The notes under the pieces: generated by a model
Database searches by the model: none
The model's input: the letters and a program-made list of their open reading frames with translations, nothing else
What the model was told of the DNA's origin: nothing
Made by a program: the position numbers and the translations under genes
Shown here: positions 58,027-64,000 of the stretch, one piece after another
Layout: every line of letters starts with the position of its first letter
How positions within the stretch are numbered: position 1 is the first letter of the stretch
NCBI GenBank assembly: GCA_005879795.1
Contig: VBKJ01000129.1
Span: forward strand, 1,931-65,930
Length of the DNA: 64,000 nt
DNA from: Deltaproteobacteria bacterium
GTDB lineage: Bacteria; Desulfobacterota; Binatia; DP-6
Direction: 5' to 3'

Positions 58027-58922
58027 CCTTCGAGGATTCCGCGCGCGCCGGCCGCGAGCAAGCGCTCCGCGAGGGCCCGGCCGAGCGCCTCCGCCTCCGC
58101 GGCGGGAGCGCTGTCCGCGTCCTCGAGCCAGTGCTGCCCTTCCCGGTCGGTCACCAGGGCGCGGAGCGCGACCTGCCCATCGGCCACGGTGGCATGCGCC
58201 GCGAGCGGCGTGTTGCAGTCGCCGCCGATGGCGAGGAGGAACGCGCGCTCGGCCGCCACCGCCGTCGCCGCCGCCGGGTCCTCCACCGCGGCCAGGAGCG
58301 CGCGCGTTGCGGGCGCGTCGGCCCGGCACTCGAGGGCGAGGGCGCCCTGCCCGACCGGGGGCAGGAACTCCTCCGGCGCGAGCGCGAGCGCCGCCGGCTC
58401 GGCGATGCCGAGGCGCTCGAGCCCGGCGGCGGCGAGGATGAGCGCGTCGACGGCGCCCTCGCGCCAGCGGCGGAGCCGGGTGTCGACGTTGCCGCGGAGC
58501 GGCGTCACGACCACGTCCCGCCGGCGCGCGAGGAGCTGCGCCCGACGGCGGACGCTCGCGGTGCCGACGCGTGCGCCGGAGGGAAGCTCGCGCAGGCCGC
58601 CCGCGCCGATCAACACGTCGTGCGCCGCGGCGCGCGCGGGCACGGCCCCGACCACCAGGCCGGCGGGCAGGCGCGCCGGCAGGTCCTTCATCGAGTGGAC
58701 GCCGACGTCTATCTCGCCCGCGAGGAGCGCCTCCTCGATCTCCTTCACGAAGAGGCCCTTCCTCCCGCCCGGCCCCTGCGGCGCGCGCGCGCCGCGGTCG
58801 CCGGTGGTGCGGATGTGGACCGTCTCGACGCGGAGGCCGGGATGTCGGCGCACGAGCCCGTCGTGCACCAGCGCCGCCTGCGCGCGCGCGAGGGCGCTCC
58901 CGCGCGTGCCGAGGCGCAGCAC
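58023..58922 (-). CDS. hemC: hydroxymethylbilane synthase
   Basis: MLRLGTRGSALARAQA...; full-length. Confidence 0.9.
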   Translation of the reverse strand: MLRLGTRGSALARAQAALVHDGLVRRHPGLRVETVHIRTTGDRGARAPQGPGGRKGLFVKEIEEALLAGEIDVGVHSMKDLPARLPAGLVVGAVPARAAAHDVLIGAGGLRELPSGARVGTASVRRRAQLLARRRDVVVTPLRGNVDTRLRRWREGAVDALILAAAGLERLGIAEPAALALAPEEFLPPVGQGALALECRADAPATRALLAAVEDPAAATAVAAERAFLLAIGGDCNTPLAAHATVADGQVALRALVTDREGQHWLEDADSAPAAEAEALGRALAERLLAAGARGILEG

Positions 58923-58926
58923 GCCG

Positions 58927-60228
58927 CTATGCGTCCTCGTCGTCGGGATCGACCTCCTCGGTGCCGAGGCGGAAGAGGCGGCGCGCCGCCTCGACGTAGA
59001 ACGCCTCGGCCGGGTCGGCGCGGTGGCGGCGGAGCGCAGTCAGCGGGGCGTGCAGGACCTTGTTGACGATCGCCTGCGTCAAGCGCTCGATCGCCTCGCG
59101 CTGCTGCGGGTCGACCGCGCCGAGCCCCGCCAGGCCGCGCTCGACCTCGCGCCGGCGAATCACCTCCACCCGCTCGCGCAGCGCGACGATGGTGGGCACG
59201 ACGTCGAGGCTCGTGAACCAGCGCCAGAAGGCCTCGACCTCGGCGTCCACGATGGTCTCCGCCTTGTCGGCCTCGCGCGCGCGGGCGCCGCGGTTCCGGG
59301 CGACCACACCCTCCAGGTCGTCGATGTCGTAGAGGTAGACGTTGTCGAGCTGGTTCGCGGCCGGGTCGAGGGCGCGCGGCACCGCCAGGTCGATCAGGAA
59401 CATCGGGCGGTGGCGGCGTTCGCGCATCGCTTCCTCGACCGCCGGGCGCGTGAGCAGGAACTCCCCGCCGCTCGCCGCCGCGATGACCAGGTCGGCGAGG
59501 GGCAGATAGCGTGGCAGGCGATCCCAGGGCACGGGCGTGGCGCCCAGCGCGCGCGCCACATCGATCGCCCGGTCGAAGGTGCGGTTCGCCACCATCACCG
59601 AGCCCACGCCCTGGGCGAGGAGCTGGCGCGCCGTGAGCTCGCCCATCGTGCCGGCGCCGAGGAGGAGCGCGCTCTTGTCGGCCAGCCGGTCGAAGATGAC
59701 GCGCGACAGCTCGACCGCGGCCGAGCCGATCGAGACGGCCTTCTCGGCGATGCGGGTCTCGCGCCGGATGCGCTTGGCGACCGAGAACGACCGGTGGAAG
59801 CAGCGATGGAGGATCTGCCCCGAGGCGCCGGCGGCCGCCGCGACCGCGTAGTGCTCCTTCAGCTGGCCCAGGATCTGTGGCTCACCCACCACCATCGAGT
59901 CGAGGCTGGCGGCAACGCGGAAGAGGTGGCGCACGGCCTCGCGGTCGGTGTGGGTATAGAGGTGCCCGGCGAGCGCGCCCTCGGGCACGTCGTGCTCGCG
60001 CGCGAGGAAGCCGGGCAGCGCGGCACCGATCGCCGCGGGATCGGCTCCGCAGGCCAGCACCTCGACCCGGTTGCAGGTGGAGAGGATGGCGCCCTCGGCC
60101 ACACCCTCGACCGCCATCAGCCGGCCGAGCGAGGGCTCGAGGCGCCCGTTCGCGAACGCGACGCGCTCGCGCACCTCGACCGGCGCAGTGCGGTGGTTGA
60201 GCCCGACCAGGACGATGCCGCGCTCCAT
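58927..60228 (-). CDS. hemA: glutamyl-tRNA reductase
   Basis: LSTCNRVE active-site Cys; NADPH-binding region; full-length. Confidence 0.9.
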   Translation of the reverse strand: MERGIVLVGLNHRTAPVEVRERVAFANGRLEPSLGRLMAVEGVAEGAILSTCNRVEVLACGADPAAIGAALPGFLAREHDVPEGALAGHLYTHTDREAVRHLFRVAASLDSMVVGEPQILGQLKEHYAVAAAAGASGQILHRCFHRSFSVAKRIRRETRIAEKAVSIGSAAVELSRVIFDRLADKSALLLGAGTMGELTARQLLAQGVGSVMVANRTFDRAIDVARALGATPVPWDRLPRYLPLADLVIAAASGGEFLLTRPAVEEAMRERRHRPMFLIDLAVPRALDPAANQLDNVYLYDIDDLEGVVARNRGARAREADKAETIVDAEVEAFWRWFTSLDVVPTIVALRERVEVIRRREVERGLAGLGAVDPQQREAIERLTQAIVNKVLHAPLTALRRHRADPAEAFYVEAARRLFRLGTEEVDPDDEDA

Positions 60229-60231
60229 GGC

Positions 60232-61050
60232 TCAGAACGCCTTGCCGTGGTTCCCGAGCGCGAGCACGTTCACTCCCACCAGCGAGAGCACGATCACCGC
60301 AAACCCCGCGATGGTGAGCGTCGCCGCCCAGCGCCCGCGCCAGCCGGCGGTCATCCGTCCCTGGAGAAGCACCACGTAGATGCCCCAGGTGACGAGCGAG
60401 AAGACGAGCTTCGGGTCCGAGGACCAGAACCGGCCCCATGCCGTGTGCGCCCACACGATGCCGCTCACGATGCCGAGCGTGAGGAGGATGAGCCCCCACA
60501 CCAGGCAGCGATAGTTGACCCGGTCGAGGGTTTCGAGCGAAGGCAGGTAGCGGAGCGCCGCGGGTGCTCGGCGCGCCTTCAGCCGCCGCTCCTGCACCAG
60601 GTAGAGGAGGCTCGCGCTGAAGGCGAGCGCGAAAACCGCGTCGCCCAGGACGGAGAGCACGACGTGGATCGGCAGCCAGGCGCTGTCGAGCACGGGCGGG
60701 AGCGGGCGGGCACCGCGGTAGACCGCGTCGGCCGCGAGCGTCAGCCCGAAGGCGAGCGGGCTCACCACCGCACCGAGCGCGACCAGCGGGCGGCGGAGCT
60801 GCACGACCAGGAACACCGCCATCAGGAGGAGCCCCAGGAACGAGAGCGCCTCGTCGAAGGTGGCGACCGCCATGTATCCGGCAGTCCACGAGCGCACGGC
60901 GATGGAGAGCCCGTGCGCGACGAAGCCGGCCCACAGGAGCCGCGGCAGGAGGGTGCGGGGCAGGTCCCGGCGGACCGCGATGCCGACCAGCGCCGCCAGC
61001 GTGCCGGCGAGGTAGAGGGCGACCGCGAGGCGCAGGCACCCGAGCTCCAT
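60232..61050 (-). CDS. cytochrome c assembly-family membrane protein (CcsA/HemX-like)
   Basis: Eight-TM protein with a Trp-rich WxxxW-like segment (VWAHTAWGRFWSSDPK). Confidence 0.65.
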   Translation of the reverse strand: MELGCLRLAVALYLAGTLAALVGIAVRRDLPRTLLPRLLWAGFVAHGLSIAVRSWTAGYMAVATFDEALSFLGLLLMAVFLVVQLRRPLVALGAVVSPLAFGLTLAADAVYRGARPLPPVLDSAWLPIHVVLSVLGDAVFALAFSASLLYLVQERRLKARRAPAALRYLPSLETLDRVNYRCLVWGLILLTLGIVSGIVWAHTAWGRFWSSDPKLVFSLVTWGIYVVLLQGRMTAGWRGRWAATLTIAGFAVIVLSLVGVNVLALGNHGKAF

Positions 61051-61053
61051 CCC

Positions 61054-61698
61054 TCAGCCCTCCCCTCCGAGCGCGACACCGAGCCGCACGAGCGTGCACC
61101 CGGCGCCCGCCTCGCGGGCGAGGAGCGCGTCGACCTCCTGGGACCGCCCCTGGCGCACCAGCTCCAGGAGTGGCGAGGCGAGGAGCTTCCGCACCACCTC
61201 GGTGCGCGCCGGGTCGCCCGCGAGCGCGGCGCGCACGCCGCCCAGGATGGCGACGAAGGGCGCCCACTCCGGTCCGAGCCGCGCCTCGAGCTCGCGCCGG
61301 AGCCGCGCGGCCAGGCCGGGGCTTGCCCCGCCCGTCCCGATCGCGATCTGGAGGTCGCCGCGGCGGACGACGGCGGGTGCGATGAACGTGCACGCCTCGG
61401 GCACGTCGATCACGTTCAGCAGGACGCGCTCGCGCTGCGCCTCGTCGGTGAGCCGGCGGATCAGCTCCGGGTCGCGCGTCGAGGCGTAGGCCAGCACGGC
61501 GCCGGCCAGGTCGCCCGGCCGGTACTCGCGGTCGACGTGACGGATGCCGGCCAGATCGGCGCCGACCTCGGGCGCGACCACGGTGACCTCTGCGCCGGCT
61601 TCCGCGCACCCCCTCGCCTTGGCGACGGCCGGCGCATCACCGCCGACGATCACGCAGCGCCGGCCCTCGAGACGAAGGAAAACCGGGTGGGTGCGCAT
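61054..61698 (-). CDS. precorrin-2 dehydrogenase / sirohydrochlorin ferrochelatase (SirC/CysG N-domain-like)
   Basis: VIVGGDAPAVAKARGCAEAGAEV Rossmann segment; matches the family. Confidence 0.7.
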   Translation of the reverse strand: MRTHPVFLRLEGRRCVIVGGDAPAVAKARGCAEAGAEVTVVAPEVGADLAGIRHVDREYRPGDLAGAVLAYASTRDPELIRRLTDEAQRERVLLNVIDVPEACTFIAPAVVRRGDLQIAIGTGGASPGLAARLRRELEARLGPEWAPFVAILGGVRAALAGDPARTEVVRKLLASPLLELVRQGRSQEVDALLAREAGAGCTLVRLGVALGGEG

Positions 61699-61823
61699 CC
61701 GGCCGGGGATCGTACCAGATGCCCAAGGTCGCGGAAACGCGGGGCCACAGGCGCGGCCGGCTGCGGCGGGGTGCGGCCTTCCGGGCCTTCCGCCGGAACG
61801 CTGCGGCCGCCGGGGCGCGCTGC

Positions 61824-63248
61824 CTAGGCCGCGCTCTGGGCGCGGATCTTGAGGACCTGCCGGGAGCGGGGCTTGGCCTTCTTGCCGGGACGGTGGCTCT
61901 GGGCGCTCACTCTGTGCTTCTTTCCAGTGCGCGAGACCGTCTGGGCGCGGCGCACGCGGTAGGTGAGCATCGCGGAGCGGACCTGGCCACTCGCGGAGGC
62001 GGCGACCCGGACCGGGCGCGGCGACGCGCTGCCCGTCACGCGCTGCTCGGCGGCGAACTCCGCGAGCCGGCTCTGGAAGGCGGCGCCGGCGGACTCCGGG
62101 AGGCGAAGCTGGTAGCCGGCCGGGATCGGCCGGCGGCCGCTCACCACGAGCGTCGAGAGGGCCGGGTTCAGGCTCGCCAGCTGGGCGCGGCTGGTGCGCG
62201 CGAGCCGAGCCGCCGCCTCCATGCCGAGCGCGCGCTCGAGGCGCCGCTCGTGCACGCGCAGCGCCGGCTCCTCGGGCGCCTCGCCGAAGTACGTCTTGAA
62301 GTCGCGCTCCACGTCGAGCGCGGCCAGGAACTCGGCGTAGAAGTTCCGCGACGCGAAGCCGAACGCCTTGCCGCGGTAGTCGCGCACGATGGTCGCGATG
62401 TCCGTCGTGCCGACCTCGGCGACGGCGCGCGCCATCCCGTCGGGGCCGTGGTTGTAGGCGGTGATGGTGAGCGGCCAGGTGTCGAGCATGTCGTGCACGC
62501 GCACCAGGAAGCGGGCCGCGGCGCGCGTCGAGGAGATCGGATCGCGGCGCTCGTCGACCAGGTTGTCGACGCGCATGAAGAGCCGTCCGGTCCTGGGCAT
62601 GAACTGCCAGATGCCGGCCGCGCCCACCTTGGAGTATGCGCGGAGGTTGAAGCACGACTCGATGAGCGGGAGGCGGATGAGCTCGACCGGGAGGCCCGCC
62701 TCACGGAAGATGCGCTCCATCTCGGGGAAATAGCGGCGCGAGATGCGGATGCCCTCGGCGAAGCGCTCGCGCAGCCCGCGCTGGCTGTGCAGCCGCTTGT
62801 CGTCCGCGGCGGCGAGGAAACGATCCGGCGCCGGGTCGTCGGCCCAGAGGTCGTAGACCGCACGCTCCTCCGCGGTGAGCGACTCCGGGTGCGAGCCGAG
62901 GGCGTGGAGGCGGAGCAGCGTCGCCCGCAGCCGGTCCAGCTCGAGGTCGGTCTCGAAGCGCTCGAGGCTCGCGAGCTCGCCCTCGCCGAAGCCGTCGTCC
63001 AGGCGGGAGCGGAAGTCGAGGATCTTGTAGACCTTGTCGAGGCGGAGCGCGTCGTGCAGAACCACCTGGTGCGCCGAGTACTGGGTGAAGATGGCGCGCC
63101 AGAAGCGGACCTGCGGCTCCAGCTGCGCGGGGCGTGGGAAGAGGCTCGCGTGACGCGCGTCGGCGGTGAGCTCGGCTTCGGCGGCGCGAGCACCGGCGGG
63201 GGCCAGGGTGGTGAGCAACGTTGCTAGAAAAAGAGCACGTATCCGCAT
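61824..63248 (-). CDS. lytic transglycosylase (MltD-like SLT domain) with C-terminal LysM-like/basic tail
   Basis: Signal peptide; SLT core ...ESCFNLRAYSKVGAAGIWQFMPRTG...; YRVRRAQT LysM-like segment. Confidence 0.8.
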   Translation of the reverse strand: MRIRALFLATLLTTLAPAGARAAEAELTADARHASLFPRPAQLEPQVRFWRAIFTQYSAHQVVLHDALRLDKVYKILDFRSRLDDGFGEGELASLERFETDLELDRLRATLLRLHALGSHPESLTAEERAVYDLWADDPAPDRFLAAADDKRLHSQRGLRERFAEGIRISRRYFPEMERIFREAGLPVELIRLPLIESCFNLRAYSKVGAAGIWQFMPRTGRLFMRVDNLVDERRDPISSTRAAARFLVRVHDMLDTWPLTITAYNHGPDGMARAVAEVGTTDIATIVRDYRGKAFGFASRNFYAEFLAALDVERDFKTYFGEAPEEPALRVHERRLERALGMEAAARLARTSRAQLASLNPALSTLVVSGRRPIPAGYQLRLPESAGAAFQSRLAEFAAEQRVTGSASPRPVRVAASASGQVRSAMLTYRVRRAQTVSRTGKKHRVSAQSHRPGKKAKPRSRQVLKIRAQSAA

Positions 63249-63331
63249 TGGCTCCCCCGCCTTCTCCGCCCGTCCCCGGGTTCGCTGCACTCTCCGCACC
63301 CGGATGGTACCAGCCGTCTCGCACGGGAGTC

Positions 63332-64000
63332 AATCGCAAAAGGGGTCTGGCGGCCCTCGCGATGCTCTGGGTGACGCTGGTCGCCGCCTGCGGAGAGGCG
63401 CCCGTGCCGCCCACGGGCCTCGTCCTGGCGCTCCAGAGCGACCCGCAGAGTCTCGACCCGCGCTTCGGAACCGACGCGAACGCCTCCCGCCTGGCCGATC
63501 TGCTGCACGCGGCGCTCACCCGGCCCGACGCGGCCGCCCGCCGGCTCCCGGAGCTCGCCGAGAGGTGGGAAGTGCCCGATCCGCTGACGATTGTCTTCCA
63601 CCTGCGGCGCGATTTTCGCTTCGCCGACGGTGCGCCCGTGACGGCGGCCGACGTGCGGGCAACCTACCTCGCCGTGCTCGACCCTGCACTCGCCTCGCCG
63701 AAGCGCGCGGCACTTGCCATGCTGTCGTCGATCGAGGCACCTGATCCGGCGACGGTGGTGATGCACCTGCGCGAGCCCTTCGCGCCCTTCCTGGAGGCGA
63801 CCGGCCTCGGCGTCCTGCCCGCGGCCCGGGCCCGCGATGCGGGCGAGGTAGCGGTGGGAGCCGGCCCCTTCCGTGTCGTCCGGGCCGAGCGGGGGGAGCG
63901 GGTCGTGCTCGAGCCGAACCCGGGCTACCCCGGCGGCCCGCCCCGGCTCCATCCGCTCGTCGTCCGCATCGTGCCCGACGAGGTGGTGCGGGTGCTCGAG
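63332..64000 (+). CDS. ABC transporter substrate-binding protein, family 5 (peptide/nickel type), partial at window end
   Basis: Lipobox/signal region; SBP-5 N-terminal pattern (LVLALQSDPQSLDPRFGTDANASR...). Confidence 0.65.

Noticed and set aside
56500-61827. 1775-aa plus-strand ORF across the heme operon
   Set aside because: It is antisense to hemB/cobA-hemD/hemC/hemA/ccsA with Arg/Glu/Asp/Gly-rich nonsense translation. It is a spurious long ORF of GC-rich DNA.

Overview
This 64-kb window is very GC-rich (by eye above 70%, not computed) and looks like a Gram-negative, Deltaproteobacteria/Myxococcota-like chromosome. The bamD, lapB, mltD and Gld-type ABC genes support that assignment. It is mostly a housekeeping backbone: plsX, rplU-rpmA, obg-proB-proA-nadD-rsfS, fabF, polA, an ECF sigma/anti-sigma pair, hisC, and a heme/siroheme operon (sirC-like, ccsA/hemX, hemA, hemC, cobA-hemD, hemB). 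There is also an ECF-type vitamin transporter, a GldA/F/G-like ABC system, a vapBC module, ATP sulfurylase, and a small catabolic cluster. The most notable region is 27.2-34.3 kb. A SAM-I riboswitch with an intrinsic terminator precedes an eight-gene operon. It encodes a ThrC-like (MetM-like) PLP enzyme, a MoaD/ThiS-like sulfur carrier ending in Gly-Gly-Arg, a CysM-like cysteine synthase, and a stand-alone NIL-domain protein. It also encodes two complementary E1-like adenylyltransferases that look like a heterodimer, an atypical Cx8Cx2C TIM-barrel Fe-S-like protein, and a DASS anion transporter. I read this as a SAM-repressed, protein-thiocarboxylate-dependent homocysteine/cysteine synthesis system with features not described together before. 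Other points worth a second look are listed in the findings. At least three genes have homology-defined N-termini that lack any ATG/GTG/TTG start, which suggests CTG initiation or assembly errors. About 3.6 kb is inserted between rpmA and obg. A fabF-arsA-arsA operon is present. A secreted nitrilase-like/BNR-repeat protein is encoded at 47.5-50.2 kb. An App1/lipin-like phosphatase lies next to plsX. I found no tRNA, rRNA, CRISPR array or obvious mobile element. Coordinates are approximate to within a few nucleotides.
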